A DNA stretch of 51,403 nt from Acidobacteriota bacterium. Lineage in GTDB: Bacteria > Acidobacteriota > Vicinamibacteria > Vicinamibacterales > 2-12-FULL-66-21. Below the pieces are notes generated by a model. It was given only the letters and a program-made list of their open reading frames with translations, did not search any database and was not told the origin of the DNA. Shown here in pieces: positions 1 to 9,901 of this stretch (positions within the stretch are counted from its first letter, which is position 1; each line of letters starts with the position of its first letter). The DNA is taken from the NCBI GenBank assembly GCA_013813355.1, contig JACCRT010000046.1, positions 1 through 51,403 of the forward strand, given 5' to 3'. The translations under genes and the position numbers were made by a program.

Positions 1-2
1 CC

Positions 3-122
3 GATCCGCTGATCAACCTCCACGACGCGCACGCGGAGGGTCGGCTGGTGGCTGGTGAACGGCTCATCCTGTTCACGTTTGGTTTCGGCGCGAACTGGGG
101 CTGCATGGTGCTGGAACATTGA
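3..122 (+). CDS. 3' end (partial) of a 3-oxoacyl-ACP synthase III (FabH-like) protein
   Basis: Manual translation DPLINLHDAHAEGRLVAGERLILFTFGFGANWGCMVLEH* resembles the KAS III C-terminal xFGxGxxW motif; runs off the window start. Confidence 0.65.
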   Translation, partial: DPLINLHDAHAEGRLVAGERLILFTFGFGANWGCMVLEH

Positions 123-239
123 GCAACCGCGTCCTGCTCGTTACAGGCGCCACAAGCACCGTCGGCAGTGCCGTCCTCCAGCGGTTGCTGAGCAGCGATG
201 CGTTCACGAGCGCCACGATTGTCGTTCGCACGGCACCGC
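119..239 (+). pseudogene. N-terminal Rossmann fragment of an SDR/NAD-dependent reductase, cut at the MITE
   Basis: TTG start overlaps the upstream TGA; MSNRVLLVTGATSTVGSAVLQRLL is a TGxTxxxG nucleotide-binding motif; resemblance ends at the inverted repeat at 240. Confidence 0.6.
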
Positions 240-403
240 TAGCAGCCCGTGGTGAAAGTCTGACTGCATTCGACGAGCGAAGCCTCCCCGGGGGCGGCGT
301 TGCTCCTCCTTCAAATACAGCCGGTATTCTCAGTCGTCGCGCCTTGCCCGCGGGGCGCCTCGCCCGTCTCGGTGCGACGCCAGACTTTCACCACGGGCTG
401 CTA
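240..403. mobile_element. MITE-like element, 164 bp, with 23 bp perfect terminal inverted repeats
   Basis: TAGCAGCCCGTGGTGAAAGTCTG (240-262) and its exact reverse complement (381-403); internal AATAC/GTATT arms; no transposase. Confidence 0.8.
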
Positions 404-1378
404 ACGTCCGATGACGACCCCCCAGGCGCCGGCGCCGGTGGGGATGGTGGCGGTGACGCGACGACGTTCGATGTCGATCACCGAGCTGTCGCCCGAGAGG
501 CCGTTGGCCGTGTAGAGCTTGCGGCCGTCGGGAGTAATGGCGATGCCCCAGGGGCGTCTGCCGACGGGTACGGTGGCTACGACTTTGAGCGATTGGGCGT
601 CGACGAAGGCGACGCTGTTCCCGTGGCCGTTGGCGACGTAGACGAATCGGCTATCAGGGGACACCACCACGCCCACGGGTTTGGCGGTGGCGGGCAGTTC
701 GATGGTGGCGATGACGCGGTGCTGCGCCACGTCGATGACGGCGACCGAGCCGCCGATCTCCGCCGACACGTACGCGCGGGTGCCGTCGGGGGAGAAGGCG
801 GCATCGCGCGGGCGGGGATCGACCAGGAAATTCGAGACGACCTTCAGGGCGTTGGTGTCGATCACCGAGACGGTATTGCTGGTTTCGGCAGTGACATAGA
901 CCCAGCGCTCATCAGGGCTGATGGCGATCCCTTCGGGCTCGATGCCCACGACGAGGGTCGCGAGCACCTGACCGGTCTTCAGATCCGTGATGGTGGCCGT
1001 GCCGGCGTCTTCGTTCGCGGCGTAGAGCCGCGAGCCGTCCCTGTTGAGGACGAGCCGTTCTGGATCGGATCCCGCGTCGTACCGTGCCAGGATGGCGCCG
1101 GTTTCGACATCGGCGACCGCGATGCCGTCCTGATCACTGGTGGCGTGCGGATTGTCATCGCTCAATGCCACGAACAATCGCCGGCCGATGACTTCGAGCC
1201 CCCGCGGCCGCGGCGCCATCGTGATCTGGCGGACCACCCTGTCGGTCGCCGTGTCGATGACCGTCACCGTGCCGGCGCGCTCGTTGGAGACGTAGGCCCG
1301 CGGAGCCGGCGATTGCCCGAAGGACGCCGACGTTGTCAGCACGACGAACATCAGCGCGACCGTCCAGCCCATCTTCAT
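401..1378 (-). CDS. Secreted YVTN beta-propeller protein (PQQ-catabolism-associated type)
   Basis: Signal peptide; repeated AYVSNE/LYAANE/VYVTAE/VYVANG/LYTANG blades. Confidence 0.85.
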   Translation of the reverse strand: MKMGWTVALMFVVLTTSASFGQSPAPRAYVSNERAGTVTVIDTATDRVVRQITMAPRPRGLEVIGRRLFVALSDDNPHATSDQDGIAVADVETGAILARYDAGSDPERLVLNRDGSRLYAANEDAGTATITDLKTGQVLATLVVGIEPEGIAISPDERWVYVTAETSNTVSVIDTNALKVVSNFLVDPRPRDAAFSPDGTRAYVSAEIGGSVAVIDVAQHRVIATIELPATAKPVGVVVSPDSRFVYVANGHGNSVAFVDAQSLKVVATVPVGRRPWGIAITPDGRKLYTANGLSGDSSVIDIERRRVTATIPTGAGAWGVVIGR

Positions 1379-2127
1379 CGGTTTCCTGCCTCCCAGAGAA
1401 GTTCACCCAGGACCTCGTCGCCGGACACGATGTAGAGCGGCTGGCGCAAGACGCGAGTGGTGGGATCGAACACCAGGGGCCGTCCCTTGTGACCGTCGAA
1501 CCGGGTGCCCGCGAGGGCCTGGCACCGGGGCGCGTCCGGCGCGCGCAAGGCGCTGTCGACCAGCGCCTTGACGGCGAACCAGGCCAGCCAGGCCTCTGAC
1601 GTCATCGGCCCGCCAGTCTGCTTCCGATAGCGGTCGTTGAGTTCTGCGGCGCCATAGCGAAAGAGCGATGGATGCCAGGCCACGACACGCGGATCGGCCG
1701 CCTTGCCCGCCGCGGGGCTCTCCAAGCGCCAGCGCTCGAGCGCGGCGGTGCGCTCGGTTTCCGTCAGCCCCGCACGAAAAGTACAGCCCGGATCAGGGAA
1801 GCCGGGCACGTCCCGGAGGAGCACGATGGGTGTGGCGGACGGGACCGCGCCCGGGCTCGGAGGCTCCACGGAGATCACGCCAATGGCGCCCGTGATCCCG
1901 GCCGCGGACGTGCCGAGCTGAAGCTCGCGGCGCATCAGCGTCGACGTAACGGACGCCTCGGCCACCCCGAACTGCAACCCCTGCGCGGCTGCCTCCGGCA
2001 GCTTGCCGTGCACGAGCAGGCGCAAGCCGTCCGGCGCCGACACAGCCCGGGCCGGCAGCGCGGCCGCCAGCGGAGTGGCCAGCATCCAGGCCAGCAGATC
2101 ACGTCGGGTCAGCGCGGGCGCAGGCAT
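1375..2127 (-). CDS. Tat-exported substrate-binding-like protein (PQQ alcohol dehydrogenase system type), short form
   Basis: TRRDLL twin-arginine leader; AWHPSLFRYGAAELNDRY, AWLAWFAVKAL and FDGHKGRPL..LRQPLY motifs; 4 nt overlap with the propeller gene. Confidence 0.65.
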   Translation of the reverse strand: MPAPALTRRDLLAWMLATPLAAALPARAVSAPDGLRLLVHGKLPEAAAQGLQFGVAEASVTSTLMRRELQLGTSAAGITGAIGVISVEPPSPGAVPSATPIVLLRDVPGFPDPGCTFRAGLTETERTAALERWRLESPAAGKAADPRVVAWHPSLFRYGAAELNDRYRKQTGGPMTSEAWLAWFAVKALVDSALRAPDAPRCQALAGTRFDGHKGRPLVFDPTTRVLRQPLYIVSGDEVLGELLWEAGNR

Positions 2128-2426
2128 GAGGGCTGGAGCGATTGTAATCACTCCCGGCCGGTTCACGCGCACTCGCGCTTACGTGGACCTGATCGAATCC
2201 GGAAGGGGTGTCACCGACGCCGGCCGGGGGACGATTCACGCTTTGGCAATCACCAGCCGTCGTGGTGACCAGTTCCACCCCTCTCGCGTTCCCGAATCAT
2301 ACGCGTGCCCGGCGGGCGGCGCCATCCGGCCGGGCTGTTCAGCTGCTGCTGGTTGGAAGCCCATGCACTCGGTGCTCGGAGGTGCGAGGCGAGCATGGTG
2401 TTCGAGCGCTCTCCGTGCCCGGTTAC

Positions 2427-2441
2427 TGGAACCGGCTTTGC
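2427..2441 (+). promoter_or_regulatory. Sigma54 -24/-12 promoter candidate for the glycan operon
   Basis: TGGAAC-CGGCT-TTGC with correct GG-N10-GC spacing. Confidence 0.5.
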
Positions 2442-2587
2442 TACTCACCCTGCTGGCTCCCCCGCAATTGCCGTTGGGCTGATGGCGGTCGGGCGAATTC
2501 GTAAGCAAGCCGACCACCACGCCGCGGGCGGCAGGCGGCACGGGCGCAGACGGCGACGGACGCGACGGAAAGGACAGCAACGGACCC

Positions 2588-3697
2588 ATGCAGATTCTCA
2601 TCACTGGCGGTGCGGGGTTCATCGGATCGCACCTGGCCGATGACCTCATTCACCGCGGGCACAGCGTACGCGCGCTGGATAACCTGTCGTCGCAGGTGCA
2701 TGGTACCGACGTGGCGCGCCCGGGCTACCTTGATCCTGACGTCGAACTCCTGCTGGGGGACGTGCGCGACCCGCTGACCGTGCGCCGCGCGCTCGACGGG
2801 GTGGACGCCGTGTTCCACTTCGCCGCGGCGGTCGGGGTCGGCCAGAGCATGTACGAGATCGAGCACTACACGTCGACGAACAATCTCGGCACCGCCGTCC
2901 TGTTGCAGGAGATCGTCGACCGCCCGGTTCAGCGGCTCGTGGTGGCGTCGAGCATGAGCCTGTACGGGGAAGGGCTGTACCGCACCGGCGACGGGACGAC
3001 GACGACCGGCGTGGAGCGGGGCCTGGCCCAGTTGCGCGCGGGCGAGTGGGAAGTCCGTGACGCCGATGGCGGCCTCCTCGAACCGCTCCCCACCCCCGAA
3101 ACCAAGGTTCCCTCGCTTTCGTCGGTCTACGCGCTCTCGAAGTTCGACCAGGAGCGGCTCTGCCTGATGATCGGCCGTGCCTACAACATCCCCACCGTCG
3201 CCCTGCGGTTCTTCAACGTGTTCGGCACCCGGCAGGCGCTCTCGAATCCGTACACCGGGGTCCTGGCTATCTTTGCCTCGCGGCTGCTGAACGGCAACGC
3301 GCCGCTGATCTTCGAAGACGGGCTGCAGCGGCGCGACTTCGTCAGCGTGTACGACGTCGTGCAGGCCTGCCGCCTCGCCCTCGACGTTCCGGAGGCGGCC
3401 GGGCACACGTTCAACGTAGGCAGCGGCCGGTCGCATTCGGTGTGCGAGGTGGCCGCGCTTCTGGGGCAGGTGCTCGGGAAAGCCATCCCGCCGGACGTCT
3501 GCGGCAAGTACCGGGCGGGGGACATCCGCCACTGTTTTGCGGACATTTCGCTGGCGCGCAGCGTCCTCGGCTACGAGCCGCGGGTCACGCTCGAACAGGG
3601 CCTGGTGGAACTGGCCGAATGGCTTCAGGACCAGACGGCCGTCGACCGGGTCGCCGATGCCAGCCGGGAGCTTGCGGCGAGGGGGCTGACGGTATGA
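2588..3697 (+). CDS. NAD-dependent epimerase/dehydratase (extended SDR)
   Basis: TGGAGFIG, YALSK (YxxxK), RFFNVFG. Confidence 0.9.
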   Translation: MQILITGGAGFIGSHLADDLIHRGHSVRALDNLSSQVHGTDVARPGYLDPDVELLLGDVRDPLTVRRALDGVDAVFHFAAAVGVGQSMYEIEHYTSTNNLGTAVLLQEIVDRPVQRLVVASSMSLYGEGLYRTGDGTTTTGVERGLAQLRAGEWEVRDADGGLLEPLPTPETKVPSLSSVYALSKFDQERLCLMIGRAYNIPTVALRFFNVFGTRQALSNPYTGVLAIFASRLLNGNAPLIFEDGLQRRDFVSVYDVVQACRLALDVPEAAGHTFNVGSGRSHSVCEVAALLGQVLGKAIPPDVCGKYRAGDIRHCFADISLARSVLGYEPRVTLEQGLVELAEWLQDQTAVDRVADASRELAARGLTV

Positions 3698-4779
3698 CGG
3701 CGGCATCCCGGATGTCCGACCTGGCGCTCATCACCGGCGGAGCGGGCTTCGTGGCGACGAACGTGGCCGATCGCCTGCTGCGCCTCGGCTGCCGCGTGCG
3801 GCTGTTCGACAACCTCTCGCGTGCCGGCGTGGATCAGAACGTGGCGTGGCTGGAGGCCGAGCACCCGGGGCGCGTCGAACTCGTCGTGGGGGACGTGCGG
3901 GACGCGGCGGCGCTCCGCGAGGCGGTCCGCGGCACGACCCGCGTGTTCCACTTCGCCGCCCAGGTCGCCGTGACGACGAGCCTGGGCGATCCCTTCCTTG
4001 ACTTCGAGGTCAACGCGCGCGGCACGCTCAACCTGCTCGAGGCCCTTCGAGGCCTGGCGGCGCCGCCCAGTCTGCTCTTCACCTCGACCAACAAGGTGTA
4101 TGGGGAGCTGGAGGATGTTCGCCTGCTGGCGCGCGGCCGCCGCTACGAGCCGCTGGATGCAGAGCTCGCGGCGCGGGGGGTCGGCGAACGGAGGCCACTC
4201 GATTTCCAGAGCCCTTACGGCTGTTCGAAGGGGGCGGCCGAACAGTACGTGCTCGATTACGCGCGCACCTTCCGGCTGCCCGCCACGGTGTTCCGCATGA
4301 GCTGTGTCTACGGCCCGCACCAGTTCGGGACAGAGGACCAGGGCTGGGTGGCGCACTTCCTCATCCAGGCGCTGCAGGGGCGTGCGCTGACCGTCTATGG
4401 CGACGGGATGCAGGTGCGCGATGTGCTGTTCGTCGAGGATCTTGTGGACGCGATGCTCCTCGCGCACGATCGGATCGAGGACCTCGCAGGGCGCGCCTTC
4501 AACATCGGCGGCGGCCCGGACCACACGGTGTCGCTGCTGGAGCTGATCGAGCTGCTGGGGGAGATGCTCGGCGGCCGACCCGCCTACGCGCTGGAGCCCT
4601 GGCGCCCAGCCGACCAGCGGTATTACGTGTCGAACACCGGGCGCTTCAGTGCGGCCACCGGCTGGCGCCAGATGACCAGCGTGCGCGAGGGGCTCGAGCG
4701 GCTGGTGAACTGGCTGGTGGAGGTGAACGCCGCACGCGCGCCGCTGCCGGAAATCGTGGGCAGCCGGGTCGCATCATGA
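3694..4779 (+). CDS. NAD-dependent epimerase (CDP-paratose/tyvelose epimerase-like)
   Basis: ATGA overlap start at 3694; TGGAGFV, STNKVYG, SPYGCSKG, EDQGWVAHF. Confidence 0.88.
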   Translation: MTAASRMSDLALITGGAGFVATNVADRLLRLGCRVRLFDNLSRAGVDQNVAWLEAEHPGRVELVVGDVRDAAALREAVRGTTRVFHFAAQVAVTTSLGDPFLDFEVNARGTLNLLEALRGLAAPPSLLFTSTNKVYGELEDVRLLARGRRYEPLDAELAARGVGERRPLDFQSPYGCSKGAAEQYVLDYARTFRLPATVFRMSCVYGPHQFGTEDQGWVAHFLIQALQGRALTVYGDGMQVRDVLFVEDLVDAMLLAHDRIEDLAGRAFNIGGGPDHTVSLLELIELLGEMLGGRPAYALEPWRPADQRYYVSNTGRFSAATGWRQMTSVREGLERLVNWLVEVNAARAPLPEIVGSRVAS

Positions 4780-6074
4780 AGTTCGCGCTGCTGAACCCGC
4801 GATGGACGTTCGACGGCGGCATCTACTTCGGCTGCCGGGAGCCGCACCTGCCGCTCGAATACGGCTACGCGCGCGCGCTGCTGGAGCGGGACGGCCACGA
4901 GGTCCTGCTCGTGGACGCGCAGCTGCACGATCTGCCTCTCGAGGAGGTCGCCGGCCGGGTGTCCGCGTTTGCCCCGGACCGTCTCGTGATCACGACGGCG
5001 CCGAGCTACCTGTTCTGGCGCTGCGCGCCGCCGGAGCTGCGGGTGCCGCAGGAAACGCTGCGCGCGCTCGCCGGCGTTCCCGGCTTGCGGATCGTCGTCG
5101 GACCGCACGCCTCCACCACGCCCGCCGCGACGCTTCGCAAGCTCGGCGCGGACGTGGCGGTCCTCGGCGAGTGCGAGGACATCCTGCCAAAGCTGGCGTC
5201 CAGGCAGTCGGACTGGCCCGCCATCAATTCGATCGCGTGCGCCATGGGAGGCGAGGTGCGGGTCCAGGGCGAACCCCACCAGTGCGACCTGTCGGCGCTG
5301 CCGGCGCTGCACTGGCCGGCCGCGGACGTCGGGCGCCACCACCATCACCATCATCGCTTCGACGCGGAGCCCCTGGCGCCTGGCGCCGAGATGGAACTGT
5401 CGCGCGGCTGCCCCTATCACTGCACGTTCTGCGCGAAGGACAATTTCCGCGACGACTACCGGAAGCGTCCGCTCCCGGTGATCCTCGAGGAGGTGGACGG
5501 CTTCGTCGCGCAGGGCGTCGAATACATCTATTTCATCGACGAGATCTTCCTCCCGAACACGCCGCTCCTCGAGGCCCTCGTCGAACGGCCCGTCCGGTTC
5601 GGGCTGCAGACCCGCATCGACCTGTGGACACCCGCCATGCTCGACCTGCTCGGCCAGGCCGGCTGCGTCTCGATCGAGGCAGGTGTCGAGAGCATCACCG
5701 TCGAGGGACGCAACCTGCTCGACAAGGCCAGCCGGCTCACGACCGAACAACTGGCGGACCGGCTGATTCACGCCAAGCGTTCGGTGCCCTTCGTCCAGGC
5801 CAACCTGCTCGAATCGGGTGCCGACGACCCGGCCGACGTCGAAGCCTGGCGCCGGCACCTTCAGCAGTTCGGCGTGTGGGCCAACAAACCGGTTCCGATG
5901 TTCCCGTACCCCGGCTCGCCGGGATACACCCGCCGGTGGGGCGCCCCCGACGACCGGGCGTGGGAGCGCGCCATCGATTTCTACCTCGGGCAGTTCCAGG
6001 CGTTCAGCGACATCCAGGAGGCGCGGCCGCGCCCCCTATCCGAACTGGAGCTCCACAATGCCGACACGCATTAG
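4776..6074 (+). CDS. B12-binding-domain radical SAM protein (TIGR04295-like)
   Basis: SRGCPYHCTFC (CxxxCxxC); N-terminal B12-binding-like region; His run before the SAM domain. Confidence 0.9.
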   Translation: MKFALLNPRWTFDGGIYFGCREPHLPLEYGYARALLERDGHEVLLVDAQLHDLPLEEVAGRVSAFAPDRLVITTAPSYLFWRCAPPELRVPQETLRALAGVPGLRIVVGPHASTTPAATLRKLGADVAVLGECEDILPKLASRQSDWPAINSIACAMGGEVRVQGEPHQCDLSALPALHWPAADVGRHHHHHHRFDAEPLAPGAEMELSRGCPYHCTFCAKDNFRDDYRKRPLPVILEEVDGFVAQGVEYIYFIDEIFLPNTPLLEALVERPVRFGLQTRIDLWTPAMLDLLGQAGCVSIEAGVESITVEGRNLLDKASRLTTEQLADRLIHAKRSVPFVQANLLESGADDPADVEAWRRHLQQFGVWANKPVPMFPYPGSPGYTRRWGAPDDRAWERAIDFYLGQFQAFSDIQEARPRPLSELELHNADTH

Positions 6075-7233
6075 CGGCACGCTCGAACGGCAGGACACCC
6101 ACGGATTGGCCGGCATCCTCTCCGGCGCCCCCTCCTCGCGCGCCGTGCCGAGGCGGGTGCTGATGACCGCCGACGGCGTGGGCGGGGTCTGGCCCTGCAC
6201 GCTTGACCTGGCGTCCGGGCTCGCGGCCCGCGGTGTGGAGGTCACCGTCGCCGTCATGGGGCCACCGCTGCTCGATCACCAGCTCGCCGAGGCCGCCCGC
6301 CGGGGGCTGGCCCTCATCGAGGGGGGTTACGCGCTCGAATGGATGGATAATCCGTGGAATGACGTGGACGCAGCCGGGGAATGGCTTCTTGGCCTCGAGC
6401 GCACGACGGCGCCTGATCTCGTGCACCTGAACGGGTTCTGTCATGCAGCCTTGCCGTGGCGGGCGCCGACGGTTGTCGCGGGGCACTCCTGCGTGCGCTC
6501 GTGGTGGCTGGCCGTGCACGGCGTGGAGGCGCCGCCCCAGTGGGCACGCTATACCGAACGCGTGGCCGAAGGGCTCCGTGCGGCCACGCTCGTCGTCGCG
6601 CCATCCGCAGCGATGCTGAGCGCGCTGGAGGCTGAATACGGCCCGCTCGGCCCGGCCCGCGTGATCCCCAACGGTCTCGCGCACGTCAGGCGCAGTGACA
6701 CCACGGCGGCAAAACAGGACCTCGTGTTTTCGGCCGGCAGGATCTGGGACGATGCGAAAAATATAGAGGCGCTCTGTGCGGTGGCGTCCTCTCTGCCGTG
6801 GCCTGTCGCCGTTGCCGGTGACAGGCAGGGTCCACACGGTCCCTGCGCGCCCACCGCTGGCGTGAACTCTCTCGGCCAGCTGCCGCGCGAGGGGGTGCAG
6901 GCGTGGTACGACCGGGCGGGCATCTACGTGCTGCCGGCTCGCTACGAGCCGTTCGGGCTGTCGGTGCTCGAAGCGGCGGCCGCGGGCTGCGCGCTGGTGC
7001 TCGGCGACATCCGCAGCCTGCGCGAGAACTGGCACGGCGCCGCCGTCTTCGTGCCGCCCGATAACCGCCGCGCTCTCGCGGCGGCCATCCGCGAACTGAG
7101 TGCGGATCCCGAGCGGCGGCACACCCTGGCGCAGGCCGCGGCCGGCCGCGCGAGCACGTTCACGCTCAACCGAATGGTGGGCGGCTACCTGGACGCATAC
7201 AGGTCGCTCACCCCCGTCGCGGTGCACCAGTGA
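6058..7233 (+). CDS. Glycosyltransferase family 4
   Basis: VLMTADGVGGVW; YEPFGLSVLEA (ExFGxxxxEA). Confidence 0.88.
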   Translation: MPTRISGTLERQDTHGLAGILSGAPSSRAVPRRVLMTADGVGGVWPCTLDLASGLAARGVEVTVAVMGPPLLDHQLAEAARRGLALIEGGYALEWMDNPWNDVDAAGEWLLGLERTTAPDLVHLNGFCHAALPWRAPTVVAGHSCVRSWWLAVHGVEAPPQWARYTERVAEGLRAATLVVAPSAAMLSALEAEYGPLGPARVIPNGLAHVRRSDTTAAKQDLVFSAGRIWDDAKNIEALCAVASSLPWPVAVAGDRQGPHGPCAPTAGVNSLGQLPREGVQAWYDRAGIYVLPARYEPFGLSVLEAAAAGCALVLGDIRSLRENWHGAAVFVPPDNRRALAAAIRELSADPERRHTLAQAAAGRASTFTLNRMVGGYLDAYRSLTPVAVHQ

Positions 7234-8312
7234 GTCGGCCTCGCATTGCGTTCTTCGGCTCGAGCCTGGTCTCGGCGTACTGGAACGGGGCGGCCACCTA
7301 CTATCGTGGCATCGTGCGCGCGCTGCACGAGCGCGGCTACGTGGTGACGTTCTACGAGCCTGACGCCTACGAGCGCCAGCAGCACCGGGACATCCCCAAT
7401 CCCGACTGGGCCCGTGTCGTCGTCTACGAGGCGAACGAGGCGGCCGTGTGGCGGGCGATCGACGAGGCCAGGGGCGTCGACATCGTCGTGAAGACGAGCG
7501 GGGTCGGCGTGTTCGACGAACTGCTGGAGGCGGCGGTGCTGGCGAGCAAGGCACCCCACACGCTTGCGGTCTTCTGGGACGTGGACGCCCCGGCGACGCT
7601 CGACCGGCTGCAACAGAATCCGTCGGACCCGTTCCACGCGCTCATCCCGCGATACGACCTGGTGCTGACCTACGGTGGGGGCGAGCCGGTCGTGGAGGCC
7701 TACACCGCCGTGGGGGCCCGGGCATGCGTGCCGATTTACAACGCGCTCGATGCCTCGACGCACCACGCGGTGCCCGCGGATTCGCGCTTCGCCGCGGATC
7801 TCGGCTTTCTCGGCAACCGCCTCCCGGACCGGGAGCAGCGCGTCGAAGCCTTCTTCCTCGCTGCGGCGGAACGGTTGCCCCTGAAGCGGTTCCTGCTCGG
7901 CGGCAATGGGTGGGAGGGTAAGCCCATGCCGCCGAACATCCGCTATGTCGGGCATGTGTACACCGGTGACCACAACGCCTTCAACTGCACGCCTCGCGCG
8001 GTGCTGAATATCAGCCGCGAGAGCATGGCGCGGTACGGATTCTCGCCGGCCACGCGGGTGTTCGAAGCCGCCGGCGCCGCGGCCTGCCTGATCACGGACG
8101 CGTGGGAGGGGATAGAGCTGTTCCTCGAACCAGGGCGGGAAGTCCTGGTGGCCGAAGACGGGGACGCGGTGGCGGCCCACGTCGCGGAGCTCGACGCCCA
8201 GACGGCACGCCGGATTGGCGCCGCCGCGCAGCGGCGCGTCCTGGCCGACCACACCTACGCCAGGCGCGTCCTGCAGCTGGAAACGCTGCTCGGCGAACGG
8301 GCGGTTGCATGA
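7230..8312 (+). CDS. CgeB-family glycosyltransferase
   Basis: SAYWNGAATYYRG, WDVDAP, SPATRVFEAAG, HTY. Confidence 0.85.
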   Translation: MSRPRIAFFGSSLVSAYWNGAATYYRGIVRALHERGYVVTFYEPDAYERQQHRDIPNPDWARVVVYEANEAAVWRAIDEARGVDIVVKTSGVGVFDELLEAAVLASKAPHTLAVFWDVDAPATLDRLQQNPSDPFHALIPRYDLVLTYGGGEPVVEAYTAVGARACVPIYNALDASTHHAVPADSRFAADLGFLGNRLPDREQRVEAFFLAAAERLPLKRFLLGGNGWEGKPMPPNIRYVGHVYTGDHNAFNCTPRAVLNISRESMARYGFSPATRVFEAAGAAACLITDAWEGIELFLEPGREVLVAEDGDAVAAHVAELDAQTARRIGAAAQRRVLADHTYARRVLQLETLLGERAVA

Positions 8313-8743
8313 TGGAGGGCGATGCACGGCTCCCGGTCGTGCTCGTCATCGAAGACGATCGGGCGGCGCGGCAGTTATACGCGATGATGCTGCAGGAGTC
8401 AGGCTGCAGGGTGGTCGAGGCCCATAACGGGCTGCAGGCCATGGAGAAAGCTGGCGATCTGCTGCCCGATGCGATCGTCACGGACCTTGGCCTGCCGGGC
8501 ATCGACGGCTTCGAGGTGTGCCGACGCCTCCAGGCGGATGAGCGAACCCGGCAGATTCCGGTCGTGGCAGTCACGGGCCGGTATGTCTCGGAGGCTGACG
8601 TCGCGCGGGCCCGGCGGCAGGGCTGCTCGACCGTACTCATCAAGCCGTTCGTGGCCGACGACCTGGTCGGCGCGGTCAAGGCCATTCTGGACACCGGATG
8701 CAGTTCTTCGACGTCGGCTGACAATCCACCCCTCCAGGGTTGA
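8309..8743 (+). CDS. Stand-alone response regulator receiver (CheY-like)
   Basis: VIEDD, phosphoacceptor in TDLGLP, VAVTG, KPF; ATGA overlap with upstream gene. Confidence 0.85.
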   Translation: MMEGDARLPVVLVIEDDRAARQLYAMMLQESGCRVVEAHNGLQAMEKAGDLLPDAIVTDLGLPGIDGFEVCRRLQADERTRQIPVVAVTGRYVSEADVARARRQGCSTVLIKPFVADDLVGAVKAILDTGCSSSTSADNPPLQG

Positions 8744-8773
8744 CGGCGACACCACTCGGATACCGTGCGCGCC

Positions 8774-9901
8774 ATGAGAATCGTCTTTTTCTGCCATTCG
8801 CTCCTGTCGGACTGGAACCACGGCAACGCGCACTTCCTGCGCGGCGTGACGACCGAACTGCTGGAGTGCGGCCACGCCGTGGACGTCTTCGAGCCTCGCG
8901 ATGCCTGGAGTATGGTGAACCTGCTCCAGACCGAGGGCCCTGGAGCGCTCGACGATTTCCATACCGCGTATCCCCACCTGTCGGCGACCCGGTACGATCC
9001 TGACCGTCTCGACCTCGATGGCGCGCTCGCGGGAGCCGACGTGGTCATCGTCCACGAATGGAACGACCATCCGGTGGTCAGGCGGATTGGGCAGCACCGC
9101 GCGGCGGGCGGCCGGTACGTGCTGCTGTTTCACGACACGCACCATCGCTCGCTCACGGAACCGGCCGAGATGGCTCGGTACGACCTCGAGCATTACGACG
9201 GCGTGCTCGCGTTCGGCGAGGTGCTTCGTCAGCGCTACCTGTCGCAGGGGTGGGCGCGTCGTGCGTGGACGTGGCACGAAGCGGCCGACGTGCGGGTGTT
9301 CCGTCCCCTGCCACGGCCCGAGGGCCCCGGCTCCGAGGGGGACGTCGTCTGGATTGGCAACTGGGGCGACGATGAGCGATCGGCGGAGCTGCGGACATAT
9401 CTGGTTGAGCCCGTGTGGCAGCTGGGCCTGCGCGCACGGGTGCACGGGGTGCGGTACCCGGACGAGGCGCGCGAGCTGCTGGCCGATGCCGGGATCGAGT
9501 ACGCGGGCTGGCTGGCGAACTACCGCGTGCCCGAGGTGTTCGCCCGCTTCACCGCCACCGTGCACGTTCCCCGGCGCCCGTACGTCGAGGCGCTCCGCGG
9601 GATTCCGACCATCCGCATGTTCGAAGCGCTTGCGGCGGGAATCCCGCTGGTGTCGTGCTGGTGGGACGATGCCGAGCGGTTGTTCCGTCCGGGACGGGAC
9701 TACCTCCTGGCCCGGACGCCCCGCGAGATGACGCGGGCCCTTCGTGCGGTGACCTCCGAGCCGGCGTTGGCGCGCTCGCTCGCGGCGTCTGGGCTCGAGA
9801 CCATTCGCGCCGGCCATACCTGTGCGCACAGGGTGTCGGAGTTGCTGCAGATTGTCACGTCCATCCAGCAGACGGCACCGGAGACGGTGGTGCCCGCATG
9901 A
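8774..9901 (+). CDS. CgeB-family glycosyltransferase
   Basis: SDWNHGNAHFLRG, HDTHHR, IPTIRMFEALA, HTCAHR. Confidence 0.85.
   Translation: MRIVFFCHSLLSDWNHGNAHFLRGVTTELLECGHAVDVFEPRDAWSMVNLLQTEGPGALDDFHTAYPHLSATRYDPDRLDLDGALAGADVVIVHEWNDHPVVRRIGQHRAAGGRYVLLFHDTHHRSLTEPAEMARYDLEHYDGVLAFGEVLRQRYLSQGWARRAWTWHEAADVRVFRPLPRPEGPGSEGDVVWIGNWGDDERSAELRTYLVEPVWQLGLRARVHGVRYPDEARELLADAGIEYAGWLANYRVPEVFARFTATVHVPRRPYVEALRGIPTIRMFEALAAGIPLVSCWWDDAERLFRPGRDYLLARTPREMTRALRAVTSEPALARSLAASGLETIRAGHTCAHRVSELLQIVTSIQQTAPETVVPA

Noticed and set aside
119-1435. 438 aa plus-strand ORF as a full gene
   Set aside because: Only about 40 codons look real; the rest crosses the MITE and is antisense to the propeller gene
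5336-5354. His6 run in the radical SAM protein as an engineered tag
   Set aside because: Internal, mixed codons, native context; no vector sequence
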